Assembly: GCA_964291265.2 (NCBI GenBank)
Contig: OZ219747.1
Coordinates: 2,240,001 to 2,304,000, forward strand
Direction of reading: 5' to 3'
Length of the DNA: 64,000 bases
Origin: Alphaproteobacteria bacterium
GTDB taxonomy: Bacteria; Pseudomonadota; Alphaproteobacteria; SP197
Part shown: positions 32,036 to 42,180 of the stretch, piece by piece
Layout: each line of letters begins with the position of its first letter
How positions within the stretch are numbered: position 1 is the first letter of the stretch
Program-made: the position numbers and the translations under genes
The notes under the pieces: generated by a model
Databases searched by the model: none
What the model saw: the letters and a program-made list of their open reading frames with translations, nothing else
Told to the model about the DNA's origin: nothing

Positions 32036-32412
32036 GGCAGCGAGCGAGTGAAGGGGGCAAGAGAAAATGCCGGATCCGAACGCCGGCAGGAAAAACGATT
32101 CGTCATCAGAGGGGATGAGTAGATACCCGTCGACATTCTTCGATCCATGTCGCGTTTCAACGGACCCGACGACCTTCCTGAACGGAACTCTTCGTCAGCA
32201 CGGTGGTTTAGAACGTGTCGGCGGCGAGCATACGCAACCCTACCGAGCGGTCCGTATGGTCGAGTTGTTTACTCCTGCAACTCTGCTTCATGGCGCATGC
32301 GGTGATGGAGACGCCTGGACGACGGATTGCAGGTCCCGTGCCGTCAGCCTTTCGATAATGCACCTGAAACCCGAACGGAGTATGTGTTGGAGACGGCAGG
32401 GAGAACCCCGAC

Positions 32413-33621
32413 GTGAGCTATGTCAGTCATCTCGAGTGTTCCGCAACCGGCGAGCGGCACGAGGCTGGTGAGATTCACGGCCTTTCGCGCAGTGGCTGGC
32501 CATTGCTGGTGCGTTACGATTTTGATGGCCTCGGCGACGCGGTCACTCGGGATTCCGTTGCCGCAGCACACGTCGCCGGATTCTGGCGTTGGGCGCCCTT
32601 CCTTCCCGTGGCGCGGGAACAGGACAGGATCTCGCTCGGTGAGGTGACGACACCGCTCATTCCCCTGTTGCGTTCTGCCGGTTGGCCGGCACACGTCATG
32701 GTGAAGGACGAGGGCCGTTTGCCGACAGGTTCATTCAAGGCGAGGGGACTGGCCCTGGCCGTGTCGATGGCGCGGCAACTCGGCCTCCGCCACCTCGCCA
32801 TCCCGACAAACGGCAACGCAGGTGCGGCCCTTGCCGCCTACGCCGGGAGGGCCGGAATCAGGACCACTGTTCTTTGTCCGGCGGATACCCCCGACATCAA
32901 TCTGCGCGAAATCCGCCAGTACGGCGCCGATGTCTGGAAGGTCAACGGCCTCATCAACGATTGCGGCAAGATCGTCGGCGAGGGGGCCGGAACCGTCGGT
33001 TGGTTCGATGTGTCCACCCTGAAGGAACCCTATCGCATCGAAGGCAAGAAGACGATGGGGCTCGAGCTTGCCTGGCAGATGGAGTGGTCCCTGCCGGATG
33101 TGATCTTCTATCCCACCGGAGGCGGCACCGGCCTCATCGGGATGTGGAAGGCCTTCCAGGAGCTTCGCCAACTCGGCTGGATCACCGGTGGTCTGCCCCG
33201 CATGGTGGCCGTGCAGGCGGCAGGGTGTGCTCCCATCGTGCAGGCCTTCGAGTCCGGGAGCACACATGCCGAGCCTTGGCAGGATGCTCATACCGTGGCG
33301 GCGGGCATCCGCGTGCCGGTTGCGATCGGCGACTTTCTCATTCTCGATGCCATCCACGCGTCCGGAGGTTTCGCCATGGCGGTTGACGACGAGTCGATCC
33401 TCCGGGAACGGGACAGGGTGGCGATGGAGGACGGTCTGCTGCTTGCCCCGGAAGGGGCGGCAACGGTCGCCGCCTGGAGGCGGGCCCTGGAGAACGGGCA
33501 GGTCGGCGATGACGAGCGCGTGGTTCTCTTCAATTGCGCCAGTGGCCTCAAGTACCCGATGGCGCAGGCGGTTCAGGAACTCGACATCACGGGGGACATC
33601 GATTTCACGTGCTTCGCATGA
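32413..33621 (+). CDS. thrC: Threonine synthase-like PLP enzyme
   Basis: SLGEVTTP, PTGSFKARG, EGKKTMG, YPTGGGTG. Confidence 0.85.
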   Translation: MSYVSHLECSATGERHEAGEIHGLSRSGWPLLVRYDFDGLGDAVTRDSVAAAHVAGFWRWAPFLPVAREQDRISLGEVTTPLIPLLRSAGWPAHVMVKDEGRLPTGSFKARGLALAVSMARQLGLRHLAIPTNGNAGAALAAYAGRAGIRTTVLCPADTPDINLREIRQYGADVWKVNGLINDCGKIVGEGAGTVGWFDVSTLKEPYRIEGKKTMGLELAWQMEWSLPDVIFYPTGGGTGLIGMWKAFQELRQLGWITGGLPRMVAVQAAGCAPIVQAFESGSTHAEPWQDAHTVAAGIRVPVAIGDFLILDAIHASGGFAMAVDDESILRERDRVAMEDGLLLAPEGAATVAAWRRALENGQVGDDERVVLFNCASGLKYPMAQAVQELDITGDIDFTCFA

Positions 33622-33633
33622 CATCCCGGCACT

Positions 33634-33900
33634 TCAGATGTCCTCGGCCTGTTCTGTCGTCTCCTCGTCCCCAGGCGCTTCTTCGGGTTCTGCGGGAATG
33701 CGTCGGATGATGATGTCGCCGTTCTCGAGGACTTCCGGCAGTTCGTACTGGGGAACGGATTCGATGATGCCGTCAAGCAGCGTCAACAGACCGCGCAACG
33801 CCACTGACGCGTCGGGCACAAGGCCATCGCCTGCCGCCGCGGGCGCCGCGAGACACCACGCCACCGCCGTAGCCATGAAGGCCCGTTTCATGCTCCTCAT
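33634..33900 (-). CDS. Small exported hypothetical protein
   Basis: Signal-peptide-like start; PQYELPEVLENGDIIIRR. Confidence 0.6.
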   Translation of the reverse strand: MRSMKRAFMATAVAWCLAAPAAAGDGLVPDASVALRGLLTLLDGIIESVPQYELPEVLENGDIIIRRIPAEPEEAPGDEETTEQAEDI

Positions 33901-33903
33901 GGT

Positions 33904-34095
33904 TCAGTGTCTGCCGGCACGTCGTGCGCGGCGTTCGGCGACGTGGCCATGGTAGCGAAGCATGATGAACCAGCTCAGGCCAACGAGACCGATGCCCATG
34001 TATCGGGTTGCCTCGCTCTCGGACAGGGCGGCGGCTGTCAGGCCCAGAAGGGAGAGCAGGCTGAAGAGGACGGAGACGGCGATCGTCCAGTACAT
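33904..34095 (-). CDS. Small two-TM membrane protein
   Basis: Two hydrophobic segments, GGAG RBS, basic tail. Confidence 0.5.
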   Translation of the reverse strand: MYWTIAVSVLFSLLSLLGLTAAALSESEATRYMGIGLVGLSWFIMLRYHGHVAERRARRAGRH

Positions 34096-34254
34096 GGACC
34101 TGGCTCCTGTGAAACGAGGCATTCATCGCAAGAATCATGTATTGCCGTCCGGATGTCGAGCCTCTTTTTGTCGGATTGGCCGATGGCGGCTGGCAGGCAG
34201 GAGCAGGACCGGATAGTAAGGTCCATCTTGAGTTCAGGATGAAGGAGACGGGCT

Positions 34255-35124
34255 GTGAAGGTGGCTTTCCTGGGGCTGGGAGTGATGGGCTATCCGATGG
34301 CGGGACATCTGGCGGCCCATGGTCACGATGTGACCGTCTACAATCGCACGCCGACCAAGGCGCAGCGCTGGATCCGGGACCACGGTGGCAGCAGCGCACC
34401 CAGCCCGGCCGAGGCAGCGGCAGGTGCAGAGATGGTCTTCGCCTGTGTCGGTGACGATGACAGTGTGCGCGAGGTGATCTGCGGTGCTGATGGCGCCGCC
34501 GGCGGCATGGACGAGGGCGCGCTCTTCGTTGATCACACGACCGCCTCGGCGGATGTCGCAAGGGACATGGAGGCCGTGCTCGCGGGCCAAGGCATCGGCT
34601 TCGTCGATGCCCCGGTTTCAGGTGGCCAGGCCGGGGCAGAGAACGGCCAACTGACGATCATGGCCGGAGGTAGCGAGGAGCATTTCGACCGCGCCCGTCC
34701 GGTGATGGAGTGCTACGGCAGGGCCGTGACGCTGATGGGTGGCGTCGGTGCCGGTCAACTCTGCAAGATGGCCAACCAGATCTGCATCGCCGGTCTTATC
34801 CAGGGTCTGGCCGAGGGCCTCAACTTCGCCCAGCGTGCCGGACTGGACGGAGACCAGGTCATCGACGTCATCTCGAAGGGCGCCGCCGGTTCATGGCAGA
34901 TGGTCAATCGTGGCAGCACCATGTTGCGGGATGAGTACGAGTTCGGCTTCGCGGTGGACTGGATGCGCAAGGACATGCGCATTGCGATGGCTGAAGCGTC
35001 GCGCAACGGTGCGTCACTGCCGGCAGCGGCTCTCGTGGACCAGTTCTACGCCGAGATTCAGCGCCTTGGCGGCAGCCGCTGGGACACATCGAGTCTGATG
35101 CACCGCCTGAAACGTGTCCCGTGA
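34255..35124 (+). CDS. NAD(P)-dependent beta-hydroxyacid dehydrogenase (MmsB/GlxR family)
   Basis: FLGLGVMGYPMA, DAPVSGG, GQLCKMANQ. Confidence 0.9.
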   Translation: MKVAFLGLGVMGYPMAGHLAAHGHDVTVYNRTPTKAQRWIRDHGGSSAPSPAEAAAGAEMVFACVGDDDSVREVICGADGAAGGMDEGALFVDHTTASADVARDMEAVLAGQGIGFVDAPVSGGQAGAENGQLTIMAGGSEEHFDRARPVMECYGRAVTLMGGVGAGQLCKMANQICIAGLIQGLAEGLNFAQRAGLDGDQVIDVISKGAAGSWQMVNRGSTMLRDEYEFGFAVDWMRKDMRIAMAEASRNGASLPAAALVDQFYAEIQRLGGSRWDTSSLMHRLKRVP

Positions 35125-35190
35125 TCCCGGAGTATCAGTCTGACGCAACGCCGACAAAGGACGCCCGTTCCCCCGTTCCCCCGTTCCCGG

Positions 35191-36747
35191 TCAGGTAAGG
35201 GAGTCCGGCATGGAGAGTTTCCGGCGGGCAATCCAGTCATCGAGTTCCTCGGCCACTGCGGGATCCATGGCCGGAGTCTCGTATTCGGCGAGCATGTCCT
35301 TCCACAGTTGGTTGGCGCGCCTTGCGGCATCGAGCGATCCTTCTGCCTGCCACTGCTCGAAACTGTTGTTGTCGGCAATGGTCGAACGGTAGAAGGCGGA
35401 CTGGAAGTTGTTCTGGGTATGATCGCACCCCAGGAAATGACGGCCCGGGCCGACCTCGCGGATGGCGTCCATCGCCTGTCCGTTCTCCGAAAGATCGACC
35501 CCTGCGCCCAGCACCTGCATCATGCCGATCTGGTCGGCGTCCATGACGAACTTCTCGTAGCCCGAGGCCAGACCTCCCTCAAGCCAGCCGGCGGCATGCA
35601 GCACGAAGTTGACACCCCCCAGGAGCGTGGGAAGGAGGGTTTGCGCGCTTTCGTAGGCTGCCTGGGCGTCAGGAACCTTGGACCCGCACAGCGAGCCGCC
35701 TGACCGGAAGGGGACCCCGAGGCGTCTGGCCAGTTGCGCCGAGGCAAACAGCACGAGTGCCGGTTCCGGAGTGCCGAAGGTCGGAGCTCCCGACTGCATC
35801 GAAATCGAACTGCCGAACGTGCCGAACACCACCGGGGCGCCCTTGCGCACCAGTTGGGTCGTTGCCATGCCGACGAGGGCCTCTGCCAGAATCTGCGCCA
35901 CCGTCCCGGCGACTGTCACGGGGCTCATCGCACCAGACAGAATGAAGGGCGACACGACACAGGCCTGCCCGGCGCCGGCATAGACCTTGAGGGCGCCGAG
36001 CATCGTGCCGTCGAAGGTCATCGGCGAATTGGCGTTGATGAGATTGATGATGCAGCAGTGGTTGTCGACCGTTTCGCTGCCGAGAGCGATACGCGCCAGT
36101 TCAACGGAATCTGCCGCGCGATCGGGTGCGGTGACTGACCCCATGAAAGGCTTGTCGGAGCAGGTGAGGTGGGCATGCACCATGTCGAGATGGCGCTTGT
36201 TGACGGGAATGTCGACCGGTTCGCAGACCGTTCCTCCCGAATGGTGCATGGCCGGCGTCATGTAGGCCAGCTTCACGAAGTTCCGGAAGTCCTCGATGGT
36301 CGCATAACGGCGTCCGTCATCGAGATTGTGAATGAAGGGTGGACCGTAGACCGGGGCGAACACCGTTGCGCCGTTACCGATCTTGACGCTCCTTTGCGGG
36401 TTGCGGGCGCGCTGCATGAATGAGGAGGGCGCGGTGGCGAGCAGGCTGCGGGCGAGACCTCTGGGAAGGTGGAGTGTTTCGCCGTCCTCGGCGACATCGG
36501 CGCCGGCGTCCCGCCACATGGCGACGGTATCGGGGTCGTCCTTGATGGCGATCCCGACCTCTTCCATGATCACTTCGGCATTGTTCTCGATGATCTCCAG
36601 ACCCTCTTGCGAGAGCACGTCGAAGACCGGGACATTGCGCTGGATGTAGGGGAGCGGTGTCGTGTCGAAACGCCGGCTGCGCAGTGCTCGACGGGCGCCG
36701 CTGCCGCCTCGTTCGCGACGCCCGCCGCGTCGCCGGTTCCCGCTCAT
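35191..36747 (-). CDS. Trimethylamine methyltransferase MttB family, non-pyrrolysine (MtgB-like)
   Basis: GPPF, EPVD, INANSPM, GAMSPVTVAG, SGAPTFGTPE, HAAGWLEGG; no in-frame amber. Confidence 0.88.
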   Translation of the reverse strand: MSGNRRRGGRRERGGSGARRALRSRRFDTTPLPYIQRNVPVFDVLSQEGLEIIENNAEVIMEEVGIAIKDDPDTVAMWRDAGADVAEDGETLHLPRGLARSLLATAPSSFMQRARNPQRSVKIGNGATVFAPVYGPPFIHNLDDGRRYATIEDFRNFVKLAYMTPAMHHSGGTVCEPVDIPVNKRHLDMVHAHLTCSDKPFMGSVTAPDRAADSVELARIALGSETVDNHCCIINLINANSPMTFDGTMLGALKVYAGAGQACVVSPFILSGAMSPVTVAGTVAQILAEALVGMATTQLVRKGAPVVFGTFGSSISMQSGAPTFGTPEPALVLFASAQLARRLGVPFRSGGSLCGSKVPDAQAAYESAQTLLPTLLGGVNFVLHAAGWLEGGLASGYEKFVMDADQIGMMQVLGAGVDLSENGQAMDAIREVGPGRHFLGCDHTQNNFQSAFYRSTIADNNSFEQWQAEGSLDAARRANQLWKDMLAEYETPAMDPAVAEELDDWIARRKLSMPDSLT

Positions 36748-36897
36748 GAATGCCTCTTTGGAGCATGTTGTCTGGGCCCCTGGAGGGGACACGCATCTGT
36801 TGCACAGGCGTCCGGGCCGATCAAGGGCGGGGAATGTTCTTGCGGCGGCGAGGGGTCAGTGCGTAATAGGGTTGTCACGGCCCGGAGTGAACAGAAG

Positions 36898-37347
36898 ATG
36901 AAGCAGCGTGCCCGTCCGGTCGGCATCAATCACGTCGCCCTTGAAGTCGGCGATATCGCCGAGGCCATGGCCTTCTACAGGGGCTTCCTCGACTTCGAGA
37001 TCGCCTGGCAGTCTTCCGAGGCCGCCTTCGTCTACTTTGGCGACCAGTTCATCAACTTCATGGCGCCCCGGCGCCAGGGACCCGACGAGGGGAGGCATTT
37101 CGGCATCGCAGTCGATGACAAGCAGATGGCCATCGCCAGGCTCGAGGACATGGGTGTGGAACTGTTGCCCGGCCGTTTCACCGATTTTCTCGACCCCTGG
37201 GGCAACCGGGTGGAACTCACCACCTACACGAACATCCAGTTCACCAAGGCCGATCACGTGCTGAAGGGCATGGGACTCGGCCATCTCGAGAAGACAGAGA
37301 ACGCCAGGGCGGAACTCGCTGCCAAGGGCATGGCGCCTGAAGGCTGA
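36898..37347 (+). CDS. VOC/glyoxalase family protein
   Basis: GINHVALEV, HFGIAVDD, DPWGNRVE. Confidence 0.85.
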   Translation: MKQRARPVGINHVALEVGDIAEAMAFYRGFLDFEIAWQSSEAAFVYFGDQFINFMAPRRQGPDEGRHFGIAVDDKQMAIARLEDMGVELLPGRFTDFLDPWGNRVELTTYTNIQFTKADHVLKGMGLGHLEKTENARAELAAKGMAPEG

Positions 37348-37376
37348 CTAGCTTGCTGGTGAAGGGGAAGAGGACG

Positions 37377-39812
37377 ATGAATTCCCACGCACGTGTGGTC
37401 GTGATCGGCGGCGGTGTCGTCGGAGTCGCCACGCTCTATCACCTCGCCAGGAAAGGCTGGAGCGACGTCGTGCTCGTCGAGCGCCGTGAACTGACCTCCG
37501 GTTCGACCTGGCATGCCGCGGGCCTGTTGCCGCTCTTCAACATGAGCTACTCGGTGGGCCAGGTTCACAAGTATTCGGTCCGCTTCTACCAGGAACTGCA
37601 GGAAGAGACCGGACTGGATGTCGGGTTTCGCAAGGTCTCCAACATCCGCCTGGCCATGAACCGGGACCGCATGGACGAGTATCACCAGTACGCCGGCGTC
37701 GCCGAGACCATCGGTGTCGAGGTGAGGTTCCTGTCACCGGGGGAGGTCGCGGAGATCTGGCCCCTGTGCAACACCGAAGGCCTCGTCGGAGCCATCCAGC
37801 ATCCGCAGGACGGCTACATCCAGCCGGCCGATCTCACCCAGGCGCTGGCCGCCGGAGCACGCAACCGAGGCGCCGATATCCATCGCAACTGCGCCGTCAC
37901 GGGCCTCGAACGGAACCGGTCCGCAGAATGGTGCGTCACCACGGATCATGGATCCATCACCTGCGAACACGTGGTCAGCGCCTCGGGCAGTTTCGCCCGC
38001 CAGGTGGGCGCCATGGCTGGTCTCGATGTTCCGGTCATTCCGGTGGAGCACCAGTACATCGTCACCGAACCCCATGAGGCCCTCCAGAAGCGTCGGGCCG
38101 ATGGTCTGCCCGAACTGGGCGTGCTGAGGGAATCGGACGGCTCCTGGTATATGCGCGAGGAGAGGGCGGGGTTCATTCTCGGACCCTACGAGACCGGGGC
38201 CCCGGCGTGCTATGTCGACGGTCCGGCCGATGACATGGAGTACGAGCTCTTCCAGGAGGACCTCGACCGCCTGGCGCCGCACATCGAGTCGGCGATCAAC
38301 CGGGTGCCGGCCTTTGGCGAGGTCGGTGTCAAGCAGGTCTACAACGGGGCCATCTGCTACACGCCCGACGGCTCACCCATCATCGGGCCTGCCTGGGGCG
38401 TCGAGAACTTCTGGCTCAACGAGGGCCACAGCTTCGGCATCACGGCTGCTGGAGGAGCAGGCTGGCAACTCGCCGAGTGGATGGTCGACGGCGAACCCAC
38501 CATCGACATGCTGGGCGTCGACCCGCGCCGCTTCGGCGACTACGCCACACAGTCCTACCTGGTGGCGAAGAACGAGGAAGCCTATGCCAACGTGTTCACC
38601 ATCCACTATCCCGACGAGGAGCGGCCGGCGGCCCGCCCGCTGCGCCAGGCGCCCTCCCATGACCGCCTGAAGGAGCTTGGCGCCGTGTTCGGCCAGAAGT
38701 TCGGCTGGGAACGGGCCAACTGGTTTGCGCCGTCCGGCATGGCGCAGGAGGATCACTGGTCGTTTCGTCGCTCGCGCTGGTTCGAACCGGTCGGCAACGA
38801 GGTGGAGAATGTCCACAACAATGTCGGCGTCCTCGACATGACGGCATTCGCCAAGTGCCGGGTCGCCGGGCCGGGGGCAGAAGGATTCCTCGAGGCCATG
38901 GTGGCCAACCGGTTGCCCCGGCGCATCGGCAGGGTGGGTCTCGTCCACGCGCTCACCGAGCGCGGCGGGGTCCATTCCGAATTCACGGTGTTCCGGGAGT
39001 CGGCGGAGAGCTTCTACGTGGTTTCCGCCGGCGCCCTGCAGCGCCTTGATCACGACTGGCTCACCAGGCACATGCCGTCCGACGGGTCCGTCACCTTCAC
39101 CGACATCACCAACCAGATGGGGGTTCTGGTGCTTGCCGGCCCGCGTTCGCGGGACCTGCTCTCGGGCCTGACCCGCGACGATCTCTCGAATGAGGGCTTT
39201 CGCTGGCTTTCCGGGCGCTGGATCGATGTCGGCCTGGCGCCGACGCTCGCCCTGCGCATGAACTTCGTCGGTGAACTGGGATGGGAACTGCATCACCCGA
39301 TCGAGTACCAGAATCACATCTTCGATGCCCTCATGACCGCGGGCGCCGAATTCGGCCTGAGGCCCTTCGGCATCCGGGCGATGGAGGCGATGCGCATCGA
39401 GAAGTCCTATCGCATGGTGGGCCAGGAGCTTTCCATCGAGTATGCGGCCCTGGAAAGCGGCCTCGATCGTTTCGTGCGTCTCGACAAGAACGACTTCAAG
39501 GGACGCGCCGGGCTGGTGACATGGCGGGAACGCGGATTCGCCAACCGTTTCGTCACCATGGTGGTGCACGATGTCGACGACGCCGATGCCCTGGGCAACA
39601 ATCCGCTTCGCCGCGATGGCGAACTTGTCGGCCGGGCCACGTCGGGTGGCTACGGCTTCCGGCTCGGCCAGTCCCTGGCGCTGGCCATGGTACGCCCGGA
39701 CGCCGGCGAACCGGGAACCGACCTGACCATCGACATCCTCGGCCGCACCTTCCAGGCCACCGTCTGCGGGGAATCGCCCTTCGATCCGGACAACGAACGG
39801 CTCCGCACCTGA
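37377..39812 (+). CDS. GcvT-family FAD oxidoreductase (dimethylglycine dehydrogenase-like)
   Basis: VIGGGVVG, LTSGSTWHAAG, YTPDG, GWERANWF, GELGWELH, C-terminal GcvT fold. Confidence 0.9.
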   Translation: MNSHARVVVIGGGVVGVATLYHLARKGWSDVVLVERRELTSGSTWHAAGLLPLFNMSYSVGQVHKYSVRFYQELQEETGLDVGFRKVSNIRLAMNRDRMDEYHQYAGVAETIGVEVRFLSPGEVAEIWPLCNTEGLVGAIQHPQDGYIQPADLTQALAAGARNRGADIHRNCAVTGLERNRSAEWCVTTDHGSITCEHVVSASGSFARQVGAMAGLDVPVIPVEHQYIVTEPHEALQKRRADGLPELGVLRESDGSWYMREERAGFILGPYETGAPACYVDGPADDMEYELFQEDLDRLAPHIESAINRVPAFGEVGVKQVYNGAICYTPDGSPIIGPAWGVENFWLNEGHSFGITAAGGAGWQLAEWMVDGEPTIDMLGVDPRRFGDYATQSYLVAKNEEAYANVFTIHYPDEERPAARPLRQAPSHDRLKELGAVFGQKFGWERANWFAPSGMAQEDHWSFRRSRWFEPVGNEVENVHNNVGVLDMTAFAKCRVAGPGAEGFLEAMVANRLPRRIGRVGLVHALTERGGVHSEFTVFRESAESFYVVSAGALQRLDHDWLTRHMPSDGSVTFTDITNQMGVLVLAGPRSRDLLSGLTRDDLSNEGFRWLSGRWIDVGLAPTLALRMNFVGELGWELHHPIEYQNHIFDALMTAGAEFGLRPFGIRAMEAMRIEKSYRMVGQELSIEYAALESGLDRFVRLDKNDFKGRAGLVTWRERGFANRFVTMVVHDVDDADALGNNPLRRDGELVGRATSGGYGFRLGQSLALAMVRPDAGEPGTDLTIDILGRTFQATVCGESPFDPDNERLRT

Positions 39813-39823
39813 TCACAGGCCGC

Positions 39824-39979
39824 GCAGGACGAAAGACCCATCCCGGGCCACAGCAAGGACTGTCGACACGTCAAGCGTCGCCTGCCCATCCCCGATGTCG
39901 GCATCGGCCCTCCGGCTTCCTGCACTGAAGCCCGGCCTTCGTCCAAACCGGACCATGTCCCAAGTCCCAACCGGCGGCA
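39824..39979. repeat. About 150-bp non-coding segment shared downstream of both ankyrin genes (copy 1)
   Basis: High similarity to 51874-52020. Confidence 0.85.
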
Positions 39980-40074
39980 TCAGTCGTAGCGCAGGTCGTT
40001 CAAACGCCAGTAGGCCTTACTCCCCTTCAGTTTGTCGTTCTCTTCAATCATGTTCCATGGGGTCTGGCCAGCCG

Positions 40075-40995
40075 CAGTCCGAGCCTCATGATCCGCGCCC
40101 CAATCAAGCAACACTCCGACCACTTCCGGACTGCTGCTGAATGCTGCCGCCCAGTGAAGCGGGGTCCAGCCATCCTGGTCGCGCGCTTCAAGGTCCGCGC
40201 CCCGGTCGAGCAACAGCCCAACCACTTCCGAACTGCTGCTGTATCTCGCCGCCCAGTGAAGCAGGGTCCAGCCACCCTCGTCGCGCGCTTCAAGGTCCGC
40301 GCCCCGGTCGAGCAGCAGCCCAACCACTTCCGGACTGCTGCTGAATGCTGCCGCCCAGTGAAGCGGGGTCCAGCCACCCTCGGCGCGCGCTTCAAGGTCC
40401 GCGCCCCGGTCGAGCAACAGCCCAACCACTTCCGAACTGCTGCTGTATCTCGCCGCCAAGTGAAGCGGGGTCCAGCCACCCTCGGCGCGCGCTTCAAGGT
40501 CCGCGCCCCGGTCGAGCAACAGCCCAACCACTTCCGAACTGCTGCTGTATCTCGCCGCCAAGTGAAGCGGGGTCCAGCCACCCTCGGCGCGCGCTTCAAG
40601 GTCCGCGCCCCGGTCGAGCAACAGCCCAACCACTTCCGAACTGCTGCTGTATCTCGCCGCCCAGTGAAGCGGGGTCCAGCCACCCTCGGCGCGCGCTTCA
40701 AGGTCCGCGCCCCGGTCGAGCAACAGCCCAACCACTTCCGAACTGCTGCTGAATGCTGCCGCCCAGTGAAGCGGGGTCTGGCCACCCTCGGCGCGCGCTT
40801 CAAGGTCCGCGCCCCGGTCGAGCAGCAGCCCAACCACTTCCGGATTGCTGCTTGCTCCCGCCGCAGCATGAAGCGGGGTCCAGCCACCCACGGCGCGCGC
40901 TTCAAGGTCCGCGCCCCGGTCGAGCAGCAGCCCAACCAATTCCGGATTGCTGCTTGCTCCCGCCGCAGCATGAAGCGGGGTCACGCCATCCTGGT
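40075..40995. repeat. 102-bp near-identical tandem repeats x9 (ankyrin coding)
   Basis: Repeating ...TTCAAGGTCCGCGCCCCGGTCGAGCA(A/G)CAGCCCAACCACTTCCG... unit. Confidence 0.93.
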
Positions 40996-41182
40996 CGCGC
41001 GCATTCGGGTCAGCGCCAGCGTCAAGACAACGGGATACGTCCACCAACGTGGCTCGGTTGAAGAAGTCATAGGTGTTCCAGTCGGAACAGGTGAGCGCCT
41101 TCAGGCAGATTGATGATGCGTTGATCGGGCAATTTAGTGGACATGAGCTTTCGCGCTGCGCTTGGTTTGCGGTTCTTGAAGG

Positions 41183-42046
41183 CTACTTGGAAGGGAAGGC
41201 TGGTGTTCGTGCCTTGAGGACGTCGTTCCAGTCTTTGTGTCCGTCTGGGGGTCTCATGCGGAGAGCTCTTGGGTCTTGGCTGACGAGGCGCTCGGCGGCC
41301 TGTTCTCCGACGGGATCGGCGTCGAAGGCGACGAGGATGCGCTTTGGCGTCCAGGCTTCGGCCCATGTTGGGAGACGGTAAGCGATGCCGGCGGTTGACA
41401 GGATCACGGTAGCGGATTGCCGACATTCCTTGAGGCACCATGCGGAGAGGGCGTCGATGGCGCTTTCGGTGATGATGATGGTGCGTGGCATGGAGCGGTC
41501 CACGGGGATCCAGAAGCTGCCGGCGGCCTTGCGTGATCCTCGCGCCATGGCTCTGTACTGCTTTCCGTCTGCGTTGGGGACGGTACCGACGATCTCGGCG
41601 CCGGAGAGGTCTCTTTGTGCGTTGGTGCATGTGAAGACGGCGTTTCTGCGTTCGTCGGCGGCGACGAGGCCGTGCTGTCGGCAAGCGTCCAGGCAACGGT
41701 CTGGCAGGCGGCGGTCATGGGCGAGGTAGTGGCGTACGGCGTGCCAGGTTTCCTCGCAGTGCGTTGGTGTTCTCGGCCCCTTGCCGCCGGAGCGTGCGGT
41801 GAGGAGTGCGACGGCGTCGTTGAAGCTGCAGCGGTGTGCATGCATGACGAGATCGATGGCGCCGCCACCGCCGGACTGGGTGATGTGGTCGAACCAGCGT
41901 TGTCGGTTGACGCTGATGACGGATCCGTGGCGCTTGAAGCGTCGCGGGTCGCGCGGGTCTCTTCGGTAGCCGAGCCGCAGGGCGAGTGGTTCGAGGGGCT
42001 GGTTGCGGATGTCATCGAGATGCTGATTGTCCCAGGACCGGATCAT
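41183..42046 (-). CDS. Toprim-domain primase-like protein (DUF3991/Toprim type)
   Basis: WFDH..GGGGAIDLVMH, YLAHDRRL, NAVF, IITESAIDALS, STAG, AFDADPVG, KDWND. Confidence 0.82.
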   Translation of the reverse strand: MIRSWDNQHLDDIRNQPLEPLALRLGYRRDPRDPRRFKRHGSVISVNRQRWFDHITQSGGGGAIDLVMHAHRCSFNDAVALLTARSGGKGPRTPTHCEETWHAVRHYLAHDRRLPDRCLDACRQHGLVAADERRNAVFTCTNAQRDLSGAEIVGTVPNADGKQYRAMARGSRKAAGSFWIPVDRSMPRTIIITESAIDALSAWCLKECRQSATVILSTAGIAYRLPTWAEAWTPKRILVAFDADPVGEQAAERLVSQDPRALRMRPPDGHKDWNDVLKARTPAFPSK

Positions 42047-42180
42047 GGTCTGTCGAGCCTCCTGCGTGGTGGACGGGGGGTGGTTCCCGTTGGCGGTTCC
42101 CACCTGAACTCCCAGGGTGAACGGGAACCGGGAACCGGGAACCGCCTGGCGTCGGGGCGTTTTGCGCCTGGTTGTTGCGG

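Noticed and set aside
35191-36747. Pyrrolysine-containing MttB
   Set aside because: ORF is continuous with no in-frame TAG; no pyl genes
40075-40995. Possible CRISPR array or DGR template/variable repeats
   Set aside because: Units are coding ankyrin repeats; variation is block-like rather than adenine-specific, and no RT gene is present in the window
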